Counted from the first letter of the stretch, positions 1-11,670 are shown. The stretch: 64,000 nt of DNA from an uncultured Chloroflexia bacterium (GCA_963842845.1 CAWJHZ010000019.1:64995-128994); one strand, 5' to 3'. Notes: generated from the letters alone by a model not told the origin. Program-made: numbers and translations.

Positions 1-147
1 AGCCAATCGGCGGACGTGCTCGGCGCGAAGAACGCCGGGTTGCCGGTGGCGTGGCTCAACCGCGACGGCTCGTCGTTGCGGGAAGGCGTCCCGCAGCCCG
101 ATCACGAGATCGCTTCGCTCACCGACTTGTTGGACTTGCTTTCTTAG
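1..147 (+). CDS. HAD-superfamily hydrolase, C-terminal fragment (5-prime end outside window)
   Basis: Frame 1 reads SQSADVLGAKNAGLPVAWLNRDGSSLREGVPQPDHEIASLTDLLDLLS, then TAG at 145-147. The D-x-x-GA-x-NAG...W-x-NR pattern resembles the last motif of haloacid-dehalogenase-like hydrolases. Confidence 0.5.
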   Translation, partial: SQSADVLGAKNAGLPVAWLNRDGSSLREGVPQPDHEIASLTDLLDLLS

Positions 148-168
148 CGCAGTCGAATCTAAGGACCG

Positions 169-1461
169 ATGCCACTTTCCCATGACCGCTCGCATGAGGT
201 GTTCCAGCGCTCGCTGCGCTACCTGCCCGGCGGCGTGAACAGCCCCGTGCGCGCCTTCCGTGCCGTCGGCGGCGAGCCCGTCGTCATCGCCCGCGGCGAA
301 GGCCCCTACCTGTACGACGTCGACGGCAACCGCTACGTCGACTACGTCTGCTCGTGGGGCGCGCTCATCCTCGGGCACGCTCATCCGGCGGTTGTTGAGG
401 CAGTGCGGCTCGCAGCGGAGCGCGGCACAAGCTACGGCACGCCTACGGAGGCGGAGGCCGATCTGGCGCAGCTAATTGTCGAAGCCGTCCCGTCGGTCGA
501 ATCGGTGCGCTTCGTCAACTCCGGCAGCGAGGCGACGATGTCCGCCTTGCGGCTCGCCCGCGCGTTCACCAACCGCAACAAGATCGTCAAATTCGAGGGC
601 AGCTACCACGGCCACGCCGACGGCCTCCTCGTGCGCGCCGGCTCCGGTGTGGCGACGCTCGGCCTGCCGGACAGCCCTGGCGTGCCGGCCTCCTACGCGC
701 AAGAAACTCTCGTGGCGCGCTACAACGACGTCGAGAGCGTCGAGCGCCTGTTCGAGCGGCACGCGGGCGAGATTGCGGCGATCATCGTCGAGCCGGTAGC
801 CGGCAACATGGGCGTCGTAGCGCCGCAGCCCGGCTTCCTGGAGTCGCTGCGCGAGATAACGCGTCGCGAGGGCGCGCTGCTGGTCTTCGACGAGGTGATC
901 ACGGGCTTTCGAGTCGCTTACGGCGGCGCGCAGTCGCTCTTCGGCGTCGCGCCGGACCTGACGTGCCTGGGGAAGATAATCGGCGGCGGCCTGCCGGTCG
1001 GAGCCTACGGCGGCAGGCGCGATATCATGGAAATGCTGGCGCCGCTGGGACCCGTCTACCAGGCGGGCACGCTCTCCGGCAACCCCCTGGCGATGGCGGC
1101 TGGACTAGCGACGCTGCGGGAGCTGAGGGCGCCGGGCTTCTACGAGCGGCTGGAGACGCCTTCGGCGAAGCTGGTCGAAGGGGTTGGACGGGCGGCTGCC
1201 CGCGCCGGGGTCCCGCTGCGGCTCAATCGTGTCGGCTCGATGCGGACGCCCTTCTTCGTCGACGCGCCGGTCACCGACTACGAGAGCGCCCGTCGCGCGG
1301 ACACCGTTCGTTACGCCCGCTTCTTCCACGCGATGCTGGAGCGCGGCGTCTACCTGGCGCCGTCGCAGTTCGAGGCGGTGTTCATGTCGTCGGCGCACGG
1401 CGACGAAGAGATCGACGCAACGATCACCGCCGCCAAAACCGTCTTCGCCGAACTCGTCTAG
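169..1461 (+). CDS. hemL: glutamate-1-semialdehyde 2,1-aminomutase
   Basis: 430-aa ORF with full-length resemblance to HemL class-III aminotransferases ([40 protein letters not shown]). Confidence 0.95.
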   Translation: MPLSHDRSHEVFQRSLRYLPGGVNSPVRAFRAVGGEPVVIARGEGPYLYDVDGNRYVDYVCSWGALILGHAHPAVVEAVRLAAERGTSYGTPTEAEADLAQLIVEAVPSVESVRFVNSGSEATMSALRLARAFTNRNKIVKFEGSYHGHADGLLVRAGSGVATLGLPDSPGVPASYAQETLVARYNDVESVERLFERHAGEIAAIIVEPVAGNMGVVAPQPGFLESLREITRREGALLVFDEVITGFRVAYGGAQSLFGVAPDLTCLGKIIGGGLPVGAYGGRRDIMEMLAPLGPVYQAGTLSGNPLAMAAGLATLRELRAPGFYERLETPSAKLVEGVGRAAARAGVPLRLNRVGSMRTPFFVDAPVTDYESARRADTVRYARFFHAMLERGVYLAPSQFEAVFMSSAHGDEEIDATITAAKTVFAELV

Positions 1462-1531
1462 CCTCCCAGCGGTAGCTTCCCAGAACGTGAAGAAGTTGAC
1501 AAACGCTCCTCGCAGTGTTAATTTACGAGCA

Positions 1532-1679
1532 CAGGGCCTAGCTCGCCTGTCGCCAGAGGCGACTCGCCAGCGGCGAGAGGCGGGACGGGGGAACCGAAGG
1601 CAGCATGGGGTGTACTCGCCTTAGGCGAGGGGGTAGTCTCTTTCAGCCCTAACCCGACAGCTAACCTCGTAGGCCACTG
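1532..1679 (+). promoter_or_regulatory. c-di-AMP riboswitch (ydaO-yuaA class)
   Basis: Conserved blocks in the expected order: GACGGGGGAACC (1584-1595), AUGGGGUGUACUC (1605-1617) and AACCCGACAGCUAACCUCGUAGGCC (1651-1675). The last is close to the hallmark CCGACAGCUAACCUCGUAAGC. A closing P1 helix pairs CAGGGCCUA (1532-1540) with UAGGCCACUG (1670-1679). It sits in the 365-nt gap upstream of the GT20 gene. Confidence 0.8.
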
Positions 1680-1704
1680 AAAGAGGGCTGGTTCCAAACA
1701 AGAC

Positions 1705-1733
1705 GGCCGGAGCCAAGGTCCTCCGGCCTTTTT
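1705..1733 (+). terminator. intrinsic terminator (likely riboswitch expression platform)
   Basis: GGCCGGAG (1705-1712) pairs perfectly with CTCCGGCC (1721-1728) and is followed by TTTTT (1729-1733). It lies about 25 nt after the riboswitch and about 95 nt before the downstream start codon. Confidence 0.75.
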
Positions 1734-1826
1734 GTACCCTCCTTTTCCGGCCCGCTCGGTTTGGTCGTGTGTCAGTATCGCTAGAAGCGGTGATACCCTC
1801 CCCGCGACATACGGAAGGAGGCCGAC

Positions 1827-3404
1827 GTGAACTCCGGGGACCCAGCATATACCCCTTTGCGGCGGATCGGCCGACCGGGCCCGCTCATCGTCGTCAGCAA
1901 TCGCGGTCCATTCGAGCACTATCGAGACGATAGCGCTGCCCTGGCGCGTCGCCCGACGAGCGGCGGCGTGGCGGTCGCTCTTTCCAGCATCCTGGGGCGC
2001 CAGGAACTAACATGGATCGTCGGCGCCGTGGGCCAAGTGGACAGGGAGCTCGTAGCGCACAATATGCGCCGCTTCTCATTCGCCGATGGCCACCGCCTGT
2101 GTTTGGCAGCGACAGACTCGCACTCATACGATCTTTTCTATCGCACCTTCAGCAACCCGATCCTCTGGTTCCTCCAGCACTCGCTCTGGCATCTCCTCGA
2201 AGGCCGTCCAAACCTGCCGGAGCAGATCGCGCGCTCCTGGGAGGAAGGCTACGTGCCGGTCAACCGCGCCTTCGCCGACGCCGTCGACGAGGAGATCGGC
2301 GCGGCGAGCGGCCCGGCCCGGGTCATGCTCCACGACTATCATCTCTATCTGGCGCCGCTGTTTATCCGCATGCGGCACCCTGACGCGCTGCTGCAGCACT
2401 TCAACCACATCCCCTGGCCGGGGCCGAACGCTTGGCGCGCGCTTCCGGAGGGCATCGTCGCGCGGATCTGCGAGGGGATGCTTGCGAACGACAGCGTGGC
2501 GTTCCAGACGGAGGAGTCGAAGCGCAACTTCGCGCTCACCTGCCTGACGTACCTTCCCGGCGCGGGCGTCGACCTGGCGGAGACGGCGGTCCGCTACGGT
2601 GGGCGGTCGGTCGCAATCTTCGCCAATCCGATATCGGTGGACGTGTTCGACTTGCGGCGAAAGCTCGTCTCGCCGGAGACCAGGTCATACCAACAGGCGC
2701 TGGCCGGCGATCCGGACGTGAAGACCGTCGTCTGCGTTGATCGGCTGGACCCGGCGAAGAACATCGCCGGCGCGCTTAAGGCGTTCAACCTGTTTCTGGA
2801 GCGTTCCCGCGAGTGGGCGGGAAGGGTGCGAATGCTCGCGTTCCTCGTGCCGACGCGGGAGGCGATCCCCGAGTACCGCCAGTACCGGGACGAGGTATTC
2901 GCGCTCATCGACGAGATCAATCTGCGCCACGGCAACGGGCGGTGGCGGCCGATAGCGCTCTTCTTCGAGCAGAACCGGACGCAGGCGTTGGCCGGCCTCA
3001 GCCTGTACGACGTGCTCATCGCCAACTCAATCGCCGACGGCATGAACCTTGTCGTTAAAGAAGGGCCGATCCTGAACGAGCGCGACGGCGTCGTCATCCT
3101 TTCGACCGCGGTCGGAGCAGCGCAGGAGCTTGCCGGCGCGGCGCTGACGGTTGAGGCTGCGGACATCGAAGGGACGGCGGAGGCGCTGCGGCGCGCGCTG
3201 CTGATGGACGCGGACGAGCGTCGGCAGCGGGCGCGGGCGTCACGCCAGACAATTGCTCGCCACGACATCAATCGCTGGCTGGAGGTGCAGATGGCGGCTT
3301 TCCGGGAGCCGGCGGCGAAGCCGTTTCCAACGCCGACGCCGTTGCTGGAACATTCCGCCTCGCGGGAGGAACCGCCCGCGCTCATTGCCGGCGGAATCCC
3401 TTGA
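1827..3404 (+). CDS. otsA: glycosyltransferase family 20, trehalose-6-phosphate synthase-like (could equally be a glucosylglycerol-phosphate synthase type)
   Basis: 525-aa ORF with a GTG start preceded by GGAAGGAGG. It has LIVVSNRGPF...GGVAVAL near the N-terminus and VDRLDPAKNI...FLVPTR...NLVVKEG, typical of OtsA/GT20. Confidence 0.8.
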   Translation: MNSGDPAYTPLRRIGRPGPLIVVSNRGPFEHYRDDSAALARRPTSGGVAVALSSILGRQELTWIVGAVGQVDRELVAHNMRRFSFADGHRLCLAATDSHSYDLFYRTFSNPILWFLQHSLWHLLEGRPNLPEQIARSWEEGYVPVNRAFADAVDEEIGAASGPARVMLHDYHLYLAPLFIRMRHPDALLQHFNHIPWPGPNAWRALPEGIVARICEGMLANDSVAFQTEESKRNFALTCLTYLPGAGVDLAETAVRYGGRSVAIFANPISVDVFDLRRKLVSPETRSYQQALAGDPDVKTVVCVDRLDPAKNIAGALKAFNLFLERSREWAGRVRMLAFLVPTREAIPEYRQYRDEVFALIDEINLRHGNGRWRPIALFFEQNRTQALAGLSLYDVLIANSIADGMNLVVKEGPILNERDGVVILSTAVGAAQELAGAALTVEAADIEGTAEALRRALLMDADERRQRARASRQTIARHDINRWLEVQMAAFREPAAKPFPTPTPLLEHSASREEPPALIAGGIP

Positions 3405-3489
3405 CACTGTGATCGGGCCTGAATAGAATTATTGATGGGCGGCGCCTCCCGTTCGCCAACCGGCGAATCGAGGGCCGCTTATCTTATAG

Positions 3490-5172
<1,683 letters not shown>

Positions 5173-5258
5173 CCACCGGCATTCCTGATCCCGGCACAAG
5201 AACGTCTCCTCGATTTCGAGGCCGGGCGTCTGTAGTTAAATATCGAGGGAAGTGAGAA

Positions 5259-5945
5259 ATGCGCATATTCCTTGACACGGCGAATATCGACGAGGTGCGC
5301 GAGGCGGTCAAGCTGGGCATCGTCTCCGGCGTCACGACGAATCCGACGCTGATGGCGAAGGAGCGCGGCGTCACCTACCGGGAACGAGTAGTCGAGATAT
5401 GCGAGACGGTGCACGGGCCCGTCTCCGCCGAATGCATTGCCCGCGACGTCCCGGAGATCATCGCCGAGGCGCGCGAGGTGGCCGGCTGGCACCCGGACGT
5501 CGTCGTCAAGATCCCGATCGACGCCGCCGGCCTGGAGGCGACCGCGAGGCTGGCACAGGAAGGCGTCAAAGTAAACATGACGCTCATCTTCTCCGTCAAC
5601 CAGGCGCTGCTTGCGGCTCTGGCCGGCGCGACGTACATCAGCCCCTTCGTCGGACGGCTGGACGACGCCGGCCACGACGGCATGGAAGTCGTGCGGGAGA
5701 GCGTCGCGCTGCTGGACCGCTACCGGCTGCCGTCGCAGGTCATCTCCGCCAGCCTGCGGCATCCGCGGCACGTCATTGCTTCGGCGAATGCCGGTGCCCA
5801 CATCGCGACGATGCCCTTCGCGGTGCTGATGGCGATGCTGAAGCATCCCCTGACAGACGTCGGCATCGAGCGCTTTCTGGCGGACGCCCGGGAATACTCG
5901 GAAGTGAGCCCAGTAGGACATCTACTGCTTGAAAAGAACGAGTAG
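5259..5945 (+). CDS. tal: transaldolase / fructose-6-phosphate aldolase family (short type 3B)
   Basis: 228-aa ORF. MRIFLDTANIDEV...GVTTNPTL...VVKIP...ISPFVGR are typical of short transaldolases. Confidence 0.9.
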   Translation: MRIFLDTANIDEVREAVKLGIVSGVTTNPTLMAKERGVTYRERVVEICETVHGPVSAECIARDVPEIIAEAREVAGWHPDVVVKIPIDAAGLEATARLAQEGVKVNMTLIFSVNQALLAALAGATYISPFVGRLDDAGHDGMEVVRESVALLDRYRLPSQVISASLRHPRHVIASANAGAHIATMPFAVLMAMLKHPLTDVGIERFLADAREYSEVSPVGHLLLEKNE

Positions 5946-6043
5946 ATGCTGTATCATACATTCGGCCGCGAGTACTACTGCACTTTTCCCTCTGTGTTTT
6001 CTCTTGAGGCCCCACATACTAATCCTAATCCGAGGTTTGAACG

Positions 6044-7324
6044 ATGAAGCCAGCAGGCGAACTTAACATCGCTGAGCTAGAGACCAGGACCCGCGAGGAC
6101 CTGATGGAGATCGCCAAGGAGCTTGGAATCTCCGGCTACAGCGCACTCAAGAAACAAGACCTTATCTTCCGCCTACTCCAGGCGCAGACGGAGCGGGAAG
6201 GGAACATCTTCAGCGGCGGCGTCCTCGAAATCGTCGACGACGGCTACGGCTTCTTGCGCGGCGAAAGCCTCCTACCGTCGCTGAACGACGTTTACGTTTC
6301 GCAGTCGCAGATCCGGCGCTTCGCGTTGCGCACCGGCGACTACGTGACCGGCCAGGTGCGGCCGCCGAAGGACAGCGAACGCTACTACGGGCTGCTTCGC
6401 GTGGAAGCGGTGAACGGCCTTGACCCCGAGGTCGCAAAGGGCCGTCCCTACTTCGAGAGCCTGACGGCCATTTTCCCTAACCGCCTCTTCAACCTGGAGA
6501 CGACGCCGGACAAGCTGTCAGCGCGCGTCATTAATCTCATCGCACCTGTTGGCCGCGGCCAGCGCGGCCTCATCGTCTCGCCGCCGAAAGCGGGCAAGAC
6601 GTTCTTGCTCAAGGCGATCGCCAACGGCATTACCGCCAACTACAGCGACGTGCACCTCATGGTGCTGCTCATCGGTGAGCGGCCTGAGGAAGTGACGGAT
6701 ATGCGACGCTCCGTCCACGGCGAGGTCATCGCGTCCACGTTCGACGAGCCGGTGGAAGACCACACGCGCGTCGCCGACATGGGACTGGAGCGGGCGAAGA
6801 GACTGGTGGAGTGCGGTACGGACGTCGTCGTCCTGCTGGACAGCATCACGCGTCTCACCCGCGCCTACAACCTGGCGATGCCGACGAGCGGTCGAACGCT
6901 TTCCGGCGGCATCGACCCGATCGCCCTCCACCCGCCGAAGCGCTTCTTCGGCGCGGCCCGCAACACAGAGGAAAGCGGTAGCCTCACGATTATCGGCACC
7001 TGCCTGGTCGACACCGGCAGCCGCATGGACGAGGTGATCTACGAGGAGTTCAAGGGCACTGGCAACATGGAGATCCACCTCGACCGCCGCCTGGCCGAGC
7101 GGCGCATGTGGCCGGCAATCGACATCCACCGCAGCGGCACCCGTCGCGAGGAGCTGCTGCTCGACGAGGAGACGCTGCGTCAGGTCTGGCTGGTGCGGCG
7201 CATGACGTCGATGATCAGCCAGAACGCGCCAAATCCCACCGAGGCGACGGAGAGGCTGCTGGAGAGGCTGGCGCGGACGCGCAGCAACGAAGAGTTCCTG
7301 GCCACGCTGAAACAGGAGATCTAG
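6044..7324 (+). CDS. rho: transcription termination factor Rho
   Basis: 426-aa ORF with a Rho N-terminal domain (LNIAELE...[11 protein letters not shown]), a cold-shock-like RNA-binding domain (YGFLR) and a Walker A motif (SPPKAGKT). Confidence 0.97.
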   Translation: MKPAGELNIAELETRTREDLMEIAKELGISGYSALKKQDLIFRLLQAQTEREGNIFSGGVLEIVDDGYGFLRGESLLPSLNDVYVSQSQIRRFALRTGDYVTGQVRPPKDSERYYGLLRVEAVNGLDPEVAKGRPYFESLTAIFPNRLFNLETTPDKLSARVINLIAPVGRGQRGLIVSPPKAGKTFLLKAIANGITANYSDVHLMVLLIGERPEEVTDMRRSVHGEVIASTFDEPVEDHTRVADMGLERAKRLVECGTDVVVLLDSITRLTRAYNLAMPTSGRTLSGGIDPIALHPPKRFFGAARNTEESGSLTIIGTCLVDTGSRMDEVIYEEFKGTGNMEIHLDRRLAERRMWPAIDIHRSGTRREELLLDEETLRQVWLVRRMTSMISQNAPNPTEATERLLERLARTRSNEEFLATLKQEI

Positions 7325-7515
7325 CCCCAAAGACCTTCCCTGCGAATACATCGCCACGGGCCGCGGTCCCTACAGGATAGCGGCCCTTTAGTTGCCCGGA
7401 GGGTGGCGGTGGCAGAGCCAGACATCGCGGGAGGACCAGAGTTCTTCCGTAGCAGGAGGCCTTCCTTGCGCCGCCGGGATGTCCAGAAAAGCCCGTAAAT
7501 TGCGCCCTTTTGCCC

Positions 7516-7545
7516 TTGACAACAGCTAACGGCCTCTGGTAAGGT
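7516..7545 (+). promoter_or_regulatory. sigma-70-like promoter candidate (TTGACA-18-TAAGGT)
   Basis: TTGACA at 7516-7521, an 18-nt spacer and TAAGGT at 7540-7545, about 120 nt upstream of the LysM/M23 ORF. It overlaps a segment that could instead be the 3-prime part of a degenerate ydaO-like RNA (see findings). Confidence 0.35.
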
Positions 7546-7665
7546 CTCGGGGATGTTGCGGGTTGCCGGGTGGAGGAGGCAGGCTCTCTGAGTTTGGCCA
7601 ACAAGTAGGAGGCGAGGAGCATCAGAGGCACGCTCAGCCCGCGAACTCCCAAACCGGAAGACCGG

Positions 7666-8829
7666 TTGGAGTCGCGACCAAGTCTGGGACGACAGCTTCC
7701 CACCGCTGCCGGGTTCCGCAGGCGATACAGGCCCTGCGTTCACTTCTTTATCCTGGCCCTGGTAGCGCTTGTTCTCCTCTCTACCGTTTCCTTCTCTACG
7801 CACCTTCGTTTGCCGACCAAGAGCGTCTCCATGCGCGTAGACAGCGCCTCCGTATCTAGTGCGGTCGCTGCTGCGCCTGTGCTAGAGGACGCCGCGCTCC
7901 AGGCGTCGATTCTTCCGCAGACCCTTGTCACCGCACAGTCAACGCAGACACCGGCGCCGCTGCTTCACTCTACGGCGCTTCCGACAGACGACGCGCTCAT
8001 GATGGCCGCCAGCATGCCGCCGACTCCCGCACCGACGCCGGTCCCCATCTACGTCGTCTACGCCATCCAAGCGGGCGACACGGTCGACGGGTTGGCAGCG
8101 CGCTACGGCATCTCTCCTGATTCTATCCTCTGGAACAATACCGACCTTGAGAGCGCGGACAGCCTGGCTCTGGGCCAGTTCCTGCGGATCCCATTGTCCG
8201 ACGGGATTATCTACGACGTGAAGCTGGGTGATACGCTCAGCGACATCGCCGACCAGTACGGCGTGAACGTATCGTCCATCACGGGCTTCGCCGGCAATCA
8301 CCTGGTGGACGCCGACGGCATCGCCGAACACCAGGTCATCTTTATTCCCAACGGCAAGATGCCGGCGCCGCCACCGCCACCAACGCCCGAGCCAGCCGGG
8401 GCGGGCAGTTCGGGCAGCCCAGCGCCGGATTCGCCTTCGGAGCCTTCCACGCCTTCATCGGCGGGTTTCATATGGCCCGTGAACGGCCCTATCTCCAGCT
8501 ACTTCGGGCCGTCCCATCCTCTGGGTATCGACATAGACCAGTACGGCAAGGCAGGTGCGCCTATCCACGCCGCAGCCGCGGGTATTGTGACCTTCGCCGG
8601 CGGAGACCCCTGCTGTTCCTACGGCCTGTACGTCGTCGTTAACCACCAGAACGGCTTCGAGACGCTCTACGCCCACATGGCATCGATCGCGGTCACCCAG
8701 GGCCAGTACGTCCAACAGGGCGACGTCCTGGGCTACGTGGGGATCACAGGGCGCTCCACCGGCTACCACCTGCACTTCGAAGTGCACCTGAACGGGGTAG
8801 TGGTCAACCCGCTCGACTACCTGCCATAG
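7666..8829 (+). CDS. LysM-repeat / M23 family metallopeptidase (cell-wall hydrolase)
   Basis: 387-aa ORF with an N-terminal TM segment (FFILALVALVLLSTVSF) and two LysM repeats (YAIQAGDTVDGLAARYGI; YDVKLGDTLSDIADQYGV). The C-terminal M23 domain has GIDID...HAAAAG...LYAH...GYHLHFEV. The start codon (TTG at 7666) is uncertain. Confidence 0.85.
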   Translation: MESRPSLGRQLPTAAGFRRRYRPCVHFFILALVALVLLSTVSFSTHLRLPTKSVSMRVDSASVSSAVAAAPVLEDAALQASILPQTLVTAQSTQTPAPLLHSTALPTDDALMMAASMPPTPAPTPVPIYVVYAIQAGDTVDGLAARYGISPDSILWNNTDLESADSLALGQFLRIPLSDGIIYDVKLGDTLSDIADQYGVNVSSITGFAGNHLVDADGIAEHQVIFIPNGKMPAPPPPPTPEPAGAGSSGSPAPDSPSEPSTPSSAGFIWPVNGPISSYFGPSHPLGIDIDQYGKAGAPIHAAAAGIVTFAGGDPCCSYGLYVVVNHQNGFETLYAHMASIAVTQGQYVQQGDVLGYVGITGRSTGYHLHFEVHLNGVVVNPLDYLP

Positions 8830-8854
8830 GCGCGGGAATCGCCGGAAACAGCGA

Positions 8855-8884
8855 GGCGGCCGGATGGGCCGCCTTCTTGTTTGT
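8855..8884 (+). terminator. intrinsic terminator after the M23 peptidase gene
   Basis: GGCGGCC (8855-8861) pairs with GGCCGCC (8867-8873) and is followed by the T-rich run TTCTTGTTTGT. Confidence 0.6.
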
Positions 8885-8962
8885 CCGAACGCCGGCCGGG
8901 GCGCCGTCAGCGCTTGTAATCTAGGACAAACACCTCCGGCTCGTGCGGGAGCGACGAGTGGT

Positions 8963-9544
8963 TCACGGAAAGCCGCGGCTGCGGCTCCAGTGCCGCCGCG
9001 CCCCTCTCTCGCGCAGGAAGCGCTCCAGCGGGTCGAGCTTCTCGGTGGAAGCGGACGTGGCGTAGTGCATCGGCACAATCAGCTTCGGCTCCAGGAGCGT
9101 GATCGTCTCCTCCGCCTGCGCGGCATCGAGCGCGCCGCCGCCGCCGACCGGCACCAGCAGCAGGTCGATGTTGCTCATCTCCTCGACCTCGTCTGACGTC
9201 GGCACGTGCTGGATCCGCCCCAGGTGGCAGACGCGAAGGTTCTCCGTCTCGATGACGTAGGACGTGTTTGTCGGGCCTTTTTCGCCGTCGCGGCCTCGTT
9301 CCGTAGCGACGCCGGTGATAAGGACCTGGGCGCTCTCGTACTCGCCGGGACCCCAGATGACGAGAGGCGAGCCGCCGACGGCCGACAGATTCGTGCTGCC
9401 GGGATGGTCAGAGCTGACGGTGACGATGTCGGCGGTGACCTTACCGATGGCGTAGCCGCTGCTCTTCGGAGTCGGGTCGGTGAGTATCGTCGCTTCGCGA
9501 CTGCGTATACGGAAGCAGAAGCTTCCCAGCCAGATGAGTTCCAT
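8963..9544 (-). CDS. MBL-fold metallo-hydrolase (UPF0173/UlaG-like)
   Basis: 193-aa ORF. MELIWLGSFCFRI...ILTDP...VTVSSDH...LLLVPVGG...PKLIVPMHY fits the short beta-lactamase-fold hydrolases. The C-terminal tail is uncertain. Confidence 0.7.
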   Translation of the reverse strand: MELIWLGSFCFRIRSREATILTDPTPKSSGYAIGKVTADIVTVSSDHPGSTNLSAVGGSPLVIWGPGEYESAQVLITGVATERGRDGEKGPTNTSYVIETENLRVCHLGRIQHVPTSDEVEEMSNIDLLLVPVGGGGALDAAQAEETITLLEPKLIVPMHYATSASTEKLDPLERFLRERGARRHWSRSRGFP

Positions 9545-9705
9545 CGCCAGCAGTATAGCATGAGATGACCGGTCAGCAGGAGCAGGGGCGCGGCAGCAGC
9601 ACTTGACAGGTCAAGGGAGCCGATGGTTAACTAAACTCGTGCAGGGAGGCCGGTTGGAGGAGGAAGGAGCCTCGGTTCGACTGCAATTACCCCGTTATCT
9701 GACAA

Positions 9706-10500
9706 TTGCTTGAAAGCAGCTCGGCAGTGTTGGCGGAAAGACGGGCCCGCATTCTGGGCCACATCGTAAGTGAATACGTAAGCACAGCTCTGCCGGTAGG
9801 TTCCGAGACCATCGTCCGCAAGTACGCGCTTCCCATCTCTCCGGCAACCGTGCGCAGCGAGATGGCCAGGTTGGAAGAGGAAGGCTACATCACGCACCCT
9901 CACACTTCCGCCGGCCGCGTGCCTTCCGACAGAGGCTATCGATTCTACGTTGAAAGCCTCATGGAAGAAGAGGACCTGCCCTGGTATGCGAAGCAGTCGA
10001 TCCAGCGGCGCCTGCAGACGGCGGCCAGGGCGGCCTCCGGTCGCGCCGAGTTGCTGGCGGAGCGGGCGCGAATCGCGGCGACGGTGCTGGCGGAGAGCGT
10101 CCGCAACGCCGCGGTCGCTACGGCGCCCCGGACGGACGAAGAGGACCAGGCGCTGTACGACCGGGCCTACCTGGAAGGACTGCGAAACGTGCTCAGCCAG
10201 CCGGAGTTCTCGCAGACAGAGGACGTCATTGACCTGGTGTGCGTGCTCGAGGAGGGCAACCTGATGCGGGCGATACCCTTCGACAACCTCTCCGACGAGG
10301 ACGTGACCGTCGTCATCGGCGAGGAGAACCGCGAGGACGTCTTGCGCCGCTGCAGTGTCGTGCTCACCCGCTACGGAGTGCCGGGCACGGCCGTCGGCGT
10401 GCTGGCCGTCCTGGGCCCGACGCGGATGGCCTATTCGCGCGTCATTCCTACCGTACGTTACCTCTCACTGCTAATGGGCGATCTCGTCGCCCGGGGCTAG
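9706..10500 (+). CDS. hrcA: heat-inducible transcription repressor HrcA (short form)
   Basis: 264-aa ORF with RRARILGHIVSEYVSTALPVGSETI...SPATVRSEMARLEEEGYITHPHTSAGRVPSDRGYRFYV, followed by grpE. It is shorter than typical HrcA (about 340 aa). Confidence 0.85.
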   Translation: MLESSSAVLAERRARILGHIVSEYVSTALPVGSETIVRKYALPISPATVRSEMARLEEEGYITHPHTSAGRVPSDRGYRFYVESLMEEEDLPWYAKQSIQRRLQTAARAASGRAELLAERARIAATVLAESVRNAAVATAPRTDEEDQALYDRAYLEGLRNVLSQPEFSQTEDVIDLVCVLEEGNLMRAIPFDNLSDEDVTVVIGEENREDVLRRCSVVLTRYGVPGTAVGVLAVLGPTRMAYSRVIPTVRYLSLLMGDLVARG

Positions 10501-10527
10501 CGCCGGCCCAAAGGCGCGGGGGCAAGG

Positions 10528-11121
10528 ATGTCCGAGCAAGAGCAAGACCACCAGCATCCGTCTCACGTCGACAAGCGCAGTTCCACGGGCGGTAAGCATC
10601 ACGGCGAGCACTCCGCGTCAGCGCCGTCGGAGGACGTAGCGACGCTGAGAGCGCAGCTCGAGGAAGAGAAGAAGAAGGCGGAAAGCTGCCTGGCAAGCTG
10701 GCAACGCGCGGCCGCCGACTTCCAGAACTACAAGCGTCGCACGGAGCAGGAGCGTCAGGAGGTGGCGCTGTTCGCCAACGCGTCGCTCATCATCAACATC
10801 CTGCCGATCCTTGACGACCTGGAGCGCGCCCTCCAGAGCGTCGAGGCGCATCTCGCCGGCCTGACCTGGGTCGACGGCATCCGCCTGATCTATCGCAAGT
10901 TCCTGGCGGTGCTGGAGGCGAGCGGCGTGAAGGAGATCCAGACGGAGGGCCAGGACTTCGACCCGCGCTATCACGAGGCGACGATGTACGGCGAGGGCGA
11001 GGACGGCAAGGTGGTCGCCGAAGTGCAGAAGGGTTACATGCTCGGCGACCGCGTCCTGCGCCCGGCGATGGTGATAGTTGGCCGCGGGAAGCACCAGGAC
11101 GAGACAGGCGCCGGAAGATAA
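10528..11121 (+). CDS. grpE: nucleotide exchange factor GrpE
   Basis: 197-aa ORF. DFQNYKRR...ILPILDDLERAL...FDPRYHEA...GYMLGDRVLRPAMV is the canonical GrpE pattern. Confidence 0.93.
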   Translation: MSEQEQDHQHPSHVDKRSSTGGKHHGEHSASAPSEDVATLRAQLEEEKKKAESCLASWQRAAADFQNYKRRTEQERQEVALFANASLIINILPILDDLERALQSVEAHLAGLTWVDGIRLIYRKFLAVLEASGVKEIQTEGQDFDPRYHEATMYGEGEDGKVVAEVQKGYMLGDRVLRPAMVIVGRGKHQDETGAGR

Positions 11122-11158
11122 CCTGACGGCGGTGTTTGACACCTAACGCTAGAACGAG

Positions 11159-11470
11159 GTGGTTGTGACCAGGATTTCGCTCGGCGAACTGCCATTTCCG
11201 CCTGAGCCTGTGGAAGGCAGGCGGCAGTGGCAACGGCTTCTTCGCGAGGATTACCGGTCGGCCAGAGCCGTGATCAAACAGAGCACGGCGATTGCGAGTC
11301 CCTTGTGGACCGGCTCTGGCTGGGGCATAGTGCTGAAGCGGCACCACGTGACGTGGCAGAGATTCATGGAGGCTGTTCGCGACTGTTACCCTTCACGGGT
11401 GGACTGGGTGGAGGGCAAGATCTCCTGGAAGGACGCACTCGCGCGACTTGTAGACAGTCTGCAGCAGTGA
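11159..11470 (+). CDS. hypothetical protein between grpE and dnaK
   Basis: 103-aa ORF with protein-like composition on the same strand as its neighbours. No recognisable motif and a weak ribosome-binding site. Confidence 0.35.
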   Translation: MVVTRISLGELPFPPEPVEGRRQWQRLLREDYRSARAVIKQSTAIASPLWTGSGWGIVLKRHHVTWQRFMEAVRDCYPSRVDWVEGKISWKDALARLVDSLQQ

Positions 11471-11670
11471 ATTCGCCTCAGGGCGGCTAGAACGGGAGGC
11501 CCAGAGGGCCTTCCCTCTGGCGGGGGCTCTGGGGATGTCCCCCAGAAGAACCTTCCTGGGCGGGCCGGGTGGGAAGATCAAGCGCTGCATGGGGCTATGG
11601 CGCCGAGCGCTTCTTGGCCGACGGGCGGTATCATTAGATTGGACATATCTCCAGACCGGAGGGAACCGTC

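Noticed and set aside
7380-7500. Considered SRP RNA, 6S RNA or RNase P RNA in the rho-M23 intergenic region because of GGAAGG/CCUUCC-like segments.
   Set aside because: The hallmark motifs are absent on either strand (SRP GGAAGCAGCC-type domain IV; RNase P GAGGAAAGUCC).
9560-9705. Searched for a CIRCE operator upstream of hrcA, and at 11470-11670 upstream of dnaK.
   Set aside because: No TTAGCACTC-N9-GAGTGCTAA-like inverted repeat is present. Only promoter-like hexamers and GC hairpins were seen.
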